From positions 124,001 through 188,000 of the forward strand of contig OZ237748.1 of NCBI GenBank assembly GCA_965178125.1: 64,000 nucleotides of DNA, written 5' to 3'. The position numbers and the translations under genes were made by a program. Within the stretch, counting starts at the first letter, position 1. The number at the start of each line of letters is the position of its first letter. Under the pieces are notes generated by a model that made no database searches, was not told the origin of the DNA, and saw only the letters and a program-made list of their open reading frames with translations. This stretch comes from Bilabrum cf. latius. Taxonomy: Eukaryota. Shown in pieces: positions 51,955 through 63,880 of this stretch.

Positions 51955-52303
51955 TTCCGCAAAACAAGCCAGGCGCTGCATTTAACGGATATCAGGCGAC
52001 ACAGGATGATAGTATGCGCGTACTTCATGGTGCCACTGACATTTGTCGGTAGAGCATTCAGGTCGGCATGGTGTTCTTGCTGATCGATTCTGATTTCGCT
52101 GGACGAAACTCAATTTCAATGGAATAACCTCCAAGCAGCTAGGCCACATTGGTAATCAAATACACGATCAATGTGTAATGGCCATGAATTTAACTTCGAA
52201 AAGTTCATTTTTGCAGCAGTTGCAGTTGGCCGATTGTTGCGAGCAGTCTTCGATATATTTCCATGTTCCTCTAGGATACAAATACACTCCAAATTTCAAC
52301 AGT

Positions 52304-55300
52304 ATGCCAGGGTCTGAGCGCAGCACAAAGCGTAGAAGACGGGCCCACGCCAGTCAAGATACCGTCACCGGTAGAGGTTCGGTTTCTTCTAAGGAAGAAC
52401 AGAGCAGCAAACCATCCAAAGTTGCAGCTGCAACTGAGCGAGCCACGCTGCCTTCAAAGGCTGACGAAGCATCTATTATGTCCGTTGACAGCAAGAACGG
52501 ATCAATATTGCAATCAATTCTCTGTGCACCATCACCCGCGAGCTGCATCGTGATTCGGAACATTTTGCCGCCAGTGTCTCCAGTGGTTCACATTGCTGCC
52601 ACGATCGACGGCAGACTTCTGGCAGCCGCGCGAGCAGACGGCACTATCGACATTTGGATTGCCTCTTCCAGCAAAGATATCATTGCTACCGGATTAGGAG
52701 ACCGCACAGCGGCAGCCATCGGAATGTCGAAGCGTCGCCGGAACAAGATGGTGATGGCTTAGTCGGCAGTTGGGACAGGCACCGATGGAGGAGACGACAC
52801 GGATGCGGGGGATGCAACCCCGACCAAGGAAACAAAACACGATACACAGCATACGGGGAGCCAGCGCCACAAGCTTAGCCGAACGCAGAGGAAAGCACTC
52901 GCGACCAACCACGCGCACGCCGCCGGCGCCGCGCGATGGAGGCCACTGCGGCGGGTGAGGGGCCCCGGTTCCGCAACCGTCCCAGGGTCCACAGCGCGAT
53001 GCATCGCGTGGGTGGAGAGCGGGCGCGCGGCGCCGGAAGGAGGTTCCGCAACCGGCGCGCATGCAGCGGTCCGGCCTGGCCAGAAGCGGCCCCGGTCGGA
53101 TTCTAACGGAACCGGCGCCGCGCAGTTCGAGCTGCCCACGAGCGAGCCGCCTGTTCTTGTGGCCGGGACACTGGCGGGAGAGCTCTGGGCGGTGGACTGG
53201 GGCGCTGGACTCCCGGGATCGGATCCGAGCTCTGCTAGCGTGTCCTACGCGGCGGCCGCCTCCTGCGTGTCCCTGGGCGGCTCCAGCGGAGGTGCGGTGT
53301 GGTGCATGGCGCCACGCATCGGTTCCGCAAAGGAGGGTATTCCGGGGCTGCTTGCGGTGGGTTGCGAAGACGGTGCCATGCGGGTGCACGCCTTGGAGAG
53401 TGTAGGTCCTTCGTCCTCGTACTCGGTGGCAGCGGGGCTTCGGGGGGACGGGGGTGCTGTAGGGGAGGGGGGGTAGCTTAGGCTGAGGCAGGTGGGCGCG
53501 GGAGCGTCCCGGGATGGTCGTGTGACGAGTGTCAGCTGGTTGGAGGAGAGTGGGTCAGTTTCTGGCTCCGGGTCCGATCCGATCGTCCTCTTCGCGGGTC
53601 ACGCGGGCGGCAGGGTCCGCGCGTGGGACGCGTCGCCGGCCGCGCGCGAGGCCGGTTCCGCTGCGGCGGCCGAAATGCGCGGCGCCGGTTCCGGTCCCGC
53701 CAAGGACCTAGCGTCGGAGGGGCGCCGCGGCGCGGTTCCGCTGCGGGAGGGCTGGAGCGCGGTTGCAACCTCGGGCGAGAAGGGCCGGCTGTCGGGAAGG
53801 GGCAAGGCCCGCAGGATGCAGGTGCAGGAGAGGAGGGGGGCGGAGCGACTCGGAGCCGCAAGTGGCGCCGCCGCGGTTGCGACCGGTGCTGCCCCCGTGA
53901 CGTGCCTTGCCGCCGCGGGCGGCGGATGGGCGGGTGCCGAGGGCGGGGTGGTGGCGTGCGGCGCGGGGGACGGGACTGTGACCCTGCTGGGAGCGCGATC
54001 AGGCCGTCTGGTTGGGCGGGTGCAGGCGCACGCGGAGGGCGCCGCCGTGTCTGGAATCTCGCGGGTTCCGCTGGAAATGCGCGGCGCCGCAGGGGTGCCG
54101 CCGAGCTTCGTGTCGGTTGGGATGGACGGTCGCGCCGCTGTGCTGCTGCGGTCGAGTGGGGTCACCTTATCATCATCATCGTCATCTTCATCGTCGTTGG
54201 GGCCTTGGAGGCTAGCGGGCAAGAGCGCCTCTGTATCATCGGATCTGACAAGTGTGACAAGTGCGGGGGCAACGGGAGTGCTAGCGGTGGGAACTGCGTC
54301 GGGTCGGGTGGCGGGGGGCGCCGCGCTTTCTCTCTCGTCCAGCGGAACCTTCTCCGACGTGTCCCCTTTGCCCACCCCCTGCGTCAGCTCGGTGGTGCTG
54401 CCCGATCCACCGGTGGATCCGACCGAGGCCCGGCGGCACGCCGGCTCTTCCTCTTCCACTTCTTCTTCTTCTTCCTCTTTTGCCCGGGTTGGAGGAGGCG
54501 CGTCGAACGCAGCGGTCCCGAGCCCCGTGTTTCTCCTGGCACCCTCGCCCCCCCCCCCCCCGCCGGGGGGACTCAAAGGAGCCAAGAAGGCGAAAGAGGG
54601 TAGCCTCGGCCTGTGGGTGGCAGGAGGTTCCGCAGGCGGCGCGGCGCCCCCAAGGCTGCTCTGCGCGCTGGGGCCGGCGGCCGGGGCGGCTCGCAGAGCA
54701 GGAGGACCCATCGATGCCGCGCTCGCCGGGGGGTGGCTAAAGTCGTCGGGATCCGGATCGGTGCGCGAGAAGGAGACGGCGAGTGGAGCGGACGGGTCCC
54801 CTGGCAGCGGAACCGCTTCCGGCGCCGCGCAATTGAAGCGGTCCATCGCGGCACTGCTGGTTAGGGAGGGAGGCGTGGCGGCGGTCGTTTGGGTCCTGGG
54901 CGGCGCCGCGCACGAGGTTCCGCAGGAGCTGCCCCGGCCCGTCGCTGCTGCGCCCAGCGCGGCCGTGCGGCGGCTTCTGGGCTGGGCTTCAGGAACGCTC
55001 GCACCCGAAGATGAAGACGAAGATGATGACTCGCAGGGTAGCGCGGAGTCGGGCGGCGGTGCCGATTTCGGCATGAGGGTGACTAGTGTGACGAGTGCCG
55101 AGCCCATGGTAGCTGGTGGGGGGCCGTGTTTCTGGGCGGTGGGCCGCGTGCGCGGCGCCGGCAGCCCGCCCGGTTCCGCAGGCCGAGCCTCTGTCGCTCT
55201 TCTGGAGGTCGCATCATCCGCCGACGCCGACCAGACGGATGCCGATGCGGAACCTCGTCTCAAGTTGCGCGGCGCCTGGTGCGATGACACCCCGACTGAC

Positions 55301-56110
55301 GCCACGAGCGGCTGGGCCAGGGCCTGGTCCGCCGCTTTGACCACCCCACAGGACCTGCCCCTGGCGGTGGGTAACCTGGGGGGTGGAACTGCGAGCAGTT
55401 CGGTCGCTGTCGTGGGGTCGGGAGCGGTTGGCTCGGCTGGGCTCGGGCGCGCGCTTGCAGTGGCCGTCGCTGGCAGAACGACCAATACCGGGCAAGGTGC
55501 TTCATCGCGCGGCAGTGCAGGCAAGACGAGGCTGCGCACGGGAGCGTTGGTTTCGACGGGCGGCGACGGCGGGTCGTCGGCATGCGCCGGGGCCGTTCTG
55601 CCGGCGCAAGGTGCATCGCACTGTGGCGTGGTGCTGCGATCCGGCGGGGACGCACTGACCCTGCCCTCTCTGGGCTCCATGGTCAAGTCCGGGTCCAGTG
55701 GTGCTGCGGCGGCCGCTGGACACTGGGCGCGGTGCGGTGTGACGAGTGCGGTGTTGCGCGCTGTGCGGAGCGGCTCGGACGGTTCTTGGCTGGGGGCAGG
55801 GGCAGGGGCAGGGGCAGGGGCTCCGTTGATTGCGTGGCAGGAGCGCGACAAGGTTGTGTGGGCGGGGGCGACTGGCACTGGCGGTGGCAGCAGCAGGGAA
55901 CAAGCGATCGGTGGGGCGGAGGAAGGGGGCGTCGGGTGGGTGGTTCGTGGGAGCACGCGGCCGTGGGGCGGGGCTGGGGTTGGCGGCGCCGCGCACGGAA
56001 AGCGGAACCATGCGGCAGGTGCTGTGGTGCTTGCCCTGGGGAGGCGAGCGGCGGGGGCAGCCGGCGGGAGCTCGGGGCCCACTGCAAGGGGAAAGGTGTT
56101 TGGGCTGTGA
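52304..56110 (+). CDS. UTP4: WD40 protein, UTP4/Cirhin-like (t-UTP, SSU processome), with large insertions
   Basis: LLAAARADGTIDIW, CIAW, GGAVWCMA, LAVGCEDGAMRV, GRVTSVSW, FAGHAGGRVRAWD, FVSVGMDG and C-terminal RPW...KVFGL. Three ORFs are joined through TAGs at 52760 and 53474. Ends in TGA. Confidence 0.65.
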
Positions 56111-58650
56111 ACGTGCAATTCAGGGTGTATGTTGCAAGGCAACACCTGAGGTTGTACTCTGGTGGTATGCGGAATTTCATCAACAAATGCCTGCAGTACT
56201 GGTAGGCCTATGTGCAGCTCCGGTTGCAGATCTGCCACCACCCGGCCATCCCCCGCCACCACTGCCACCACCCTTGGATCGAATGCCTCGGAAAAAGTCG
56301 AGCATGAAATGAACCTCGAATGCCCTCCATGCTGCCGAACGATCGCACTGGAAACCACAACGAGAAAGGTCGGCCTATTAATTGGCGGAGCTGGCTGCAG
56401 TTGAGGTCCGTCCTGGCTGCAGTTGAGGTTCATGGCTTCTATGGCCCTATTTTTCGGGGATGTTCCGCTTTTCGGTTAAAGAAAGTATTTAAGTGCGGAG
56501 GAACCATTATATGATGCGAGCTCGCGGACATACTACAAAGGGTAGCGGCCGAAATAGCTGACTGGGTGAATCTTGGTCCACCTGATGCACAACGTGTTTG
56601 GCTGGGATTCGAAGCCTATTGACCTTGTGCTGGCTGGTCATGACTTCAAAATGGATATCCATACTCACAAAAGTATATCCGGAGCACTGACCCGCCACTT
56701 CGCTCAGGTGCACCTTGAGAGATACCAGATGGAGCAAAGGTGCCGCTAGTTGGACACCTCCAAAGGATGTGCAGGTGCGGTGTATGGTTTTCCTCTAGAC
56801 ATATACAGGGCATTGCAGGACAAACAAAGGCACTTCTTAAGCTAATGAGGGGGGGGGGCGGGGCAGGCAAGGGGTAGGATAGGGGCGTGGCAATCGTCCT
56901 CAAATGAGATGCCTTCGCCCGTCCTGGCCTGGTGAGCAGGTTCGGCGAGGCGTCCCATCAGTTCACGATGCATAGACCTTGCTGGCCTCACCAACAGAGG
57001 CCAGGGACCCTCGACAAGGGCAGAGGCAAGGTAAACTGGACTGCAGCTCTACGAGAGGTACGCCAGGTTGGCTGTTATGTTTACTAGGCAGATGCAAGTG
57101 ATGCTGCTGCTGCCAGCAGTGCAGCTGTGGTGGGGGGCCATGTGGAGTCCGGCGGGCCCCGGGCTGCGACTGGACAGGTGAGCGGGGGCAGAGCCGGGGC
57201 CTCATTGACGTCCTCTTCATCTAGTGCTGCTAGAAGCATGTCCGTCCTCCATGGCCTGCGAGCGTCACGTAGTAGAACCATTGCATGTAATCGAGGGTAC
57301 TGGATTCGATAGAGGCGGACGCGGAGAGCAGCGGGGCGCTAGCTGGGCGGAATCGGGCTCGCCATGCCACTGGCAGTGGGGTCTGGCCAACCGGCCGGCG
57401 GTGAGCTCTCGATACAGACCGGCATCGTCTACATCGAGGAAGCAGTGGGATGAGCAAGCAAGTGGATTGCTACAAGGCTCTTGCACAGGTGCAGGGGACT
57501 GTTTTTGAGAAGGTCAGGGTGTTCGCCGAGGCTAGCAGTGCGCAAGAGGAGACCATCGGGGACCTCCTCAGCGCTGAGCAGGACCTAATACAGTCCCCAG
57601 AGCGCCCATCAAAGAAGAACAGGGTTTTGGAGTGTATCGAACTTAAGGACGCTGCTGCCAGATCGCATAAAACCTCGGCAGTCGCGGTTCTGGATATCCC
57701 CAGGCACACTGATGCGAAGATAGCAGCTCTCGGCCAGCGGCCAATATTGAAGGTTCCGACGGGTCCTGCCAGTGGAGACGGGCAGTGATTATATTTATAG
57801 TATATAAGTAAACTCTGAACAGATCAGATCACGGCGTTAGGCTAGGATTCAGCAGCACTAGAGCTGCAAAGTAGGGTGGAGGCATGGCAATTATGATGCA
57901 TGTGTTGTTTTGCCCGACCTACAGCAAAACCTACATAATGCTGGACATGTATCTTCACAGAATAGTAGATAAACTAAACATGCTTCTCCTCATTATTTTC
58001 TGGGGATGTATCGCTGGCCGCTTAATCAACCTAGCATATCTCAGCGCATCTGGATCGAAATTTTGCAACAAAGGCAACAAAATCAGCCAAAATGCAACGC
58101 CAACTACGATAGATTCTCTGAACGGCAGGGAATCGGCGATGCATGTTCTGTCAAATCGAGAGAAAGTTCGGCAACAGGTTCTAATCACTCACCACATTCA
58201 AAATCTGTATTTCTTCGCGCTTCCCCAGGCATTTCTCCTCACACGCGCCAAAGCAATCAAGAGCAAGAATGCGGCTGATAACGCGCGCCTTCGCACAATC
58301 GGTGTGTTACGGCGCATTTATCTCATGTGGCTTGATTTCGTGAGGTAATGGAAGGGTATTTGCTCTCTCGGGTCGTGACGTCGCGCTGGCTCCTTCCTCA
58401 CACTACTGTCTGCACGTCCATGGCGGTACATGATACCCCAAGTTACGAACCGTATGCTTTACCATGTGCATACAGTCTCCAATCAATGCTTTTTGGCGCC
58501 GTCCGGTGGCCGTCGTCCGTCTCGAAGAGTCCTCCTCCTCATCATTCGTCGTCGTTGTCGTCGTCGGAAGGGGAGAAGACCGCAGGATGGCACCTGCAGA
58601 ACCCGTCCACCCCTCGTCCTGTTAATTGTTTACTCTTTTAATCTCTGCAG

Positions 58651-61600
58651 TGGGGCGCAAGGCCAGGGTGGCGACCCGGTGGCCGAATTCAATGAAGACG
58701 GCCCGTTTGTCGATGCGTCGGGCGTCCCAACACACATCTCCACGTCAAATACGCCTGCAGATAGCGCGTATGAGCCTGCCCCGTATTTTTATCTTGGCCC
58801 TCCGGATGGGGATGGGAATGGGTATCCCATTACGGTAAACCCTGCCGCCTTCGAAGATGGGCGGCAAGTTCATGTTGAATTTCCAGGCTCATTGCTTGCG
58901 GGTTGGCGGTATGTTAGGGCTTCTTTTTCGATCCCACAGGGGCCTGAAACGTTCGATTCCAGTCAAGCCTTGGAAGGCCGATTACAACAACTATTCCTTG
59001 AACACGTTACCGAGTAGTACCCTAGTGAGTCGAGGCCATTCTGGCGTATCTTCCAGATCAAGGTCAGCGACGATGCCGACCGGTCGAACTTTCAAGTGGT
59101 TAACTTCAACGTGACCTTCTTGAGAGCCCCCGGGCCGACACTGAATACCAGCTAGGTCGCGCTTGACGTCCAGCACCCCACTGGTGGTGGTGCTCTGTCT
59201 TTCCTGTCGGGGCTGACGTGGAGTCTTCGTCCTGGATTCTGGACTCCATACACACTGCATATGTAGATTTTCGGCTCCTAGGAGGGGGACGAGATCGTGT
59301 TCCCGGATGGAGTGGGGCAAGACACACTCACGAGGAACGACACTGTGACCGTGTGGGACGCTTCGGCAACTACCTTTAAAAATAACATTCTCAATGTCTA
59401 GTTCAACGCAACCGGGAGGCAACCGGGCCGGCGCACGGTACAGATCACGATGACCGACAGGTATACAGGATAGTATGACAGCACTACCATCGCCATCTAG
59501 GTGGGTACGCTCAACGCCCCACCAGTCCTGGACACATCCGGCATGACGCTCCCGGTGGCCTACACGGAGGGCGCAGACGCAGTGGCCATCCTGACGGGAC
59601 TCAACGTCACGGACCCAGAGGGCCAGAACATGACCCTGGTGGTGAGCATCGACGAGCCGGAGGAGCAGGACGAGCTCGTGTGGACGGGGGGAACCGGCGA
59701 CGATGAGGCGCGTGTGCTGGCCTCGGACGGCCACACCTTCACATTCGGCCCGCAGTTCTCGCCCGAGCTAATCGCGGACGTGGGAAGCCTCTTGTTCCGG
59801 TCTGGCACGGAGGCCACATCGAAGACCATCACTCTCACGGCAACCGACTTCGCGGGGGGTGCAGTGACGCAGCAGATCACGGTGAGCATCACGAACACCA
59901 ACGACCCGCCCGTCCTGGACACTTCCGGCATGACGCTCCCGGTGGCCTACACGGAGGGCGCAGACGCAGTGGCCTTCCTGACGGGACTCGACATGGTGGA
60001 CATGGAGGGCGGCTCGGCCACCCTTGTGGTGAGCATCGACGACGCGGAGGAGCAGGACGAGCTCGTGTACACTGGCACCCTGGGTGATCACCGGGTCATG
60101 GGGGCGGACGGCCACACCTTCACATTCGGCCCGCAGGAGGACTCCATGGTGGAGGCCGACTTCGACAAGCTCCTGTTCCGGTCTGGCACGGAGAAGACCT
60201 CCAAGAACCTCACGCTCGTGTCCCGGGACGAGAACGACGGACTCGAGACACTGGTCACCATCACCATCCGCATCACGCCCGTCAACGACGGGCCGATCAT
60301 CGTCGTCCCCGAGGATATCAACTATTACAGGGAAGGGTCGCCGGCTATGCCGATCCTGTCGTCTGTCAACGTCACGGACCCCGACAGCGACGTGTCCATC
60401 AGCGTGACCATCAGCGGCTCCCACGCAGAAGAAGACGCGCTCTCGGCTGACACCGCACTCGTCACGCTGTCCGGGGACACGCACATGGCGATGGTCGCGG
60501 AGCAGGCGGCGGATGCGGCGCAGGCGGCGCTCCGGACGGTCGCGTTCAGCAGCGAGGCAGAGGACAGGCCCGCGGGCGGCCCCACTCGTCACATCCTCAT
60601 CAACGCCACGGACGCGGACGGAGCCGTGGCGAGCGCCGTGCTGAAGGTGTGGGTCATCCAAGTGAACGACGCCCCCGTCATCGATGCCGGCGCCGTGACG
60701 TCTCCGGTGGCCTACACGGAGGGCGCCACTGCGGCCCAGCTGCTGGCGGGCATCGCCCTGAGGGACCCCGACAGCGACGAGGTCTAGGCTGTGGTGAGCA
60801 TCAAGAACCCGCAGGCGGGGGACCGGCTGGAGTTCACGGGGACCGGTATCGCGCTCTCGGCGGACGACACGGTTGCGACCATCCAGAGAGGCGACATCTC
60901 CACGGTGGGGGCAGCACTCGAGGCCCTCAGCTTCTTCACGACGAGCGAGGTGTACGAGAACGGCCGCAGCATCGAGGTCAATGTGACAGACAGTGCGGGG
61001 GAGGGTAGCCTCACGTCCACCTTCATGCAGCGCGTGTCCATCACGCCTGTCAACGACGGCCACTCGATCCAGGCGGGAACCGCCCCTGCTGCAGTCACAG
61101 AGGGGCAGGACGCCCCCTTCCCGCTGCTATTTGACGGCGTCACCGTGACCGACCCCGAGGAGACCCGCAGCTACGACGTGCACGTGGCCATCCAGCAGCC
61201 CGTGGAGGGCGACGCCATCGTGTGGGCACCCACGGGCCAGGCCGGCGCGGGCATTTCCGTCGTGTCTGGTGGGCACTCCGCCACCAGCGACCCGGCCCAG
61301 CGCATCGCCACCGCCGACATCCCGGAGGTGCTGAGGGGGTTCCAGTTCAGGACAGACGCCGCCTACTCGGCCTCTCTGACCCGCACCGTCACGCTGACGC
61401 TCACGGACGCCGGTTTTGGGAGCGTGGCGGGCGTGTCGACGTCCCTCAACGTGAGCATCACCATCGTCCCGGCCAACCAGGCGCCCGAGATCGCCCTGCG
61501 GAACTCAACGGTCACATACGACGAGGGTGCGCACATGCCGCTGCAGCTGCTGGGGGGGGTGATGCTCACGGACGCGGACGACGTGCTGCTGGAAGCAACG

Positions 61601-63628
61601 GTGGAGCTGCAGGATCCCATGCAGGGAGACCATCTGGTGGACCTGACGGCGGGTGCGGGCGGCCTGATGCTGGGCCTGGACGGCCTGACCGCCATCACCG
61701 CCGGCCTGTCGCCGATGGACCTGCAGACGGCCCTGGAGGGACTCGCCTTCAACAACTCGGCCGCATTTATGACTCCGGGTGATCGCCACTTGAGCTTGGC
61801 GATCAAGGACACGGGCAGCCGCGGGCAGGTGGACGAAGACGACCAGGAGTCTGCCTCGGACAGCGTCACGATCGACGTGCTGCTGGACTACCAGCCGGTC
61901 GTCCTGGGGATCGATTCCGAGTCCGCGGTCTTCGTGGAGGGGCAGGACGGGCCCGCCGAGGTGTTCGAGGGGCTGCAGGTGCAGGCCCAGGACACGGGAC
62001 GCAACATCAGCGGGATGGTGACGATTGAGATGGCCAAGGCGGGAGACCAGCTGGTGGCTGCGGGGTCGGCGGACCCGGACGTGGCGGCACTCGTCACACT
62101 GAACGACGACGGAATCAACGCCACCATCGCCGAAGGTTCCCTGGCGCACGTCGCGGCGGCCCTGCAGACCCTCGGGTTCCGGTCTACCGCCGGCCAGGTC
62201 ATCCCCGTTGGCCCGAGGCGGGTGTTCGCCACGCTGCACGACGCGAGTCCCAGGGCAGTCGCCGTCAGCGGCGGTGCACCCGCGGTTGCAACCGTCGGCA
62301 GGGGCGTGGCCGTCGTGCACGTGAATCAGCCCCCGGCGCTGGAGGTGTCGCTTGCCTCTGCGCTTGATTCGTACACCCGCGGAGACGACGCAGTGGAGCT
62401 GGTGGGCCAGGGTGCCACGGTCACTCTCAGCGACCCCGACGACGAGTCCATGGCGAGGCTGGTGGTGCGAGTAGCCAGCGGGTGCAGGGCGGGCGAGGAC
62501 GAGCTGTCCCTGGGGGAGGGAGCGCCGGCATCGCTGGAGGGCACCTGGGTCGGGGAGTCGAGTGATGCTGCAATGCAGTGCACCCTCACCGTCGCTCCTT
62601 CCTCTGCTTCGGAGACCGCTCCAGTGGCGGACTGGATCGCGGCGATCCGATCCGTGATGTTCCGGTCTGCGCGCAGCCTCCAGGGCAGCAGCGTGGATGT
62701 ATCCGTTGAGTTCAACATCACGGACGCAGCGTCGATCGGGGATGTGGCGACCAACGGGGGACGGCAGTCAGCCTCTGTTCCTGCCCCGGGTGCCGACAGC
62801 CCCGTGGTGCTGACCGTGGTGCCCGTGCCAGCCCCGGAGGTGGAGCCCGTGCCGGAGGACAAGCCCGTCGAATGCGGCGGGGACGATCCCGAGGACCAGA
62901 CCTCCATCGCCTCCACCTCGATCCCCAACGGCCAGCCCGTGCTGAAGATCGACCTGTCGATCCAGTCCGAAGACGCGCTCAACTGCGAGGGAACCAAGGT
63001 GCTGTCCAAGGTCATCATCGACAAGGCGTTCGAGGCAGAGGGGGTAAAGAAGCCCCCCCAGGTCGCCGTGCTGACGAGGGGGAGGAGGAGGAGGGGCAGG
63101 GGCAGGGCGCTTACTTCACTGGTCTCAGGCGGAGCTGTCGGATCTGTGACCGCCTCTTCCGCAAGCCTTCGCGCCCTGCAAGAAGCGGATGCGACGGTGA
63201 TCTTCGAGACGGACATCACCATCATCGCGCCGGTGGAGGACGAGGAGGTTGCAACCGCCGCCCTCGAGCGCCTCGTTGCCGCCGACGGGGATGGGTCTCT
63301 CGATGCTGCCATCAGGGCCGAGCCCGCACTCGTCACACTCATCACGGGCGAGGTGGAGGTGGAGATCGAGGAAGAGACGTCGGCTGTGGGCAGCGCCCAG
63401 GAGATGCTCGGTCGGCCGGAGGACGACGAGAGTGGCCTCGGCCTCATCATCGGGGTCGTGGTGGGCGTGATCGTGCTGCTGGCGGTGGCGGCTGCAAGCT
63501 GGTGCTACTGCCGCCGCCAGCCGTCTGCTTCCGAGACCAAGAAGGATTCGGAGGGACTCTCAGAGATTGTTCCCGGGTCAAGCAAGCTGGGAGGCAAGGC
63601 CGGTGCATCAGGGGCCGAGGAGGTGTAA
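58651..63628 (+). CDS. Large type I membrane/cell-surface protein with tandem cadherin/Ig-like adhesin repeats; 5' exon upstream of the acceptor at 58650 uncertain
   Basis: Repeats N.PP.LD...YTEG..AV..L.G..VTDPD...EGD.L...L..L.F. TM GLIIGVVVGVIVLLAVAAASW. Eight in-frame TAGs (59015, 59153, 59264, 59279, 59399, 59471, 59498, 60785) and no TAA/TGA until the terminal TAA. Confidence 0.85.
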
Positions 63629-63752
63629 TGGGCGAGCAGTGGATAGGGTGCAGGTGGATCTGTTTGGGCGGAATAAACGGATCCATCATCTCATCGTGTC
63701 GCGGCGAGCAGCCGACGGCAGACGCGGGCATGTGTCGTGCGGATGGCCCGGA

Positions 63753-63880
63753 AATCGGTGGCAACAGAGTTTGACTCAGCCTTTTTGCCCGATTCGTGAT
63801 GGGTGTATCCGTATTAACTTGTAAGGGAAGGACCAGGAATCGGTGGCAACTGAGTTTGACTCAGCATTCTTGCCCGATCC
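63753..63880. repeat. Imperfect direct repeat of about 43 bp, 2 copies
   Basis: aatcggtggcaac(a/t)gagtttgactcagc(c/a)tt(t/c)ttgcccgat at ~63753 and ~63838. Confidence 0.75.

Noticed and set aside
53599-56433. Long antisense ORFs (944 aa here; also 4034-5314, 35212-36552 and 59768-61063)
   Set aside because: Shadows of GC-rich real genes on the opposite strand, with no independent domain signal.
56900-57800. Short ORFs between UTP4 and the adhesin gene
   Set aside because: No recognisable domain or consistent gene structure.
373-60787. Mass pseudogenisation or tiny introns as the explanation for the broken ORFs
   Set aside because: Interruptions are almost exclusively TAG, with no frameshifts and intact downstream motifs, and TAG lands on Gln positions. 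The TAG sites do not show consistent frame-preserving splice signals.
63753-63880. CRISPR-like repeat-spacer-repeat
   Set aside because: Only two imperfect copies, eukaryotic context, no cas genes.
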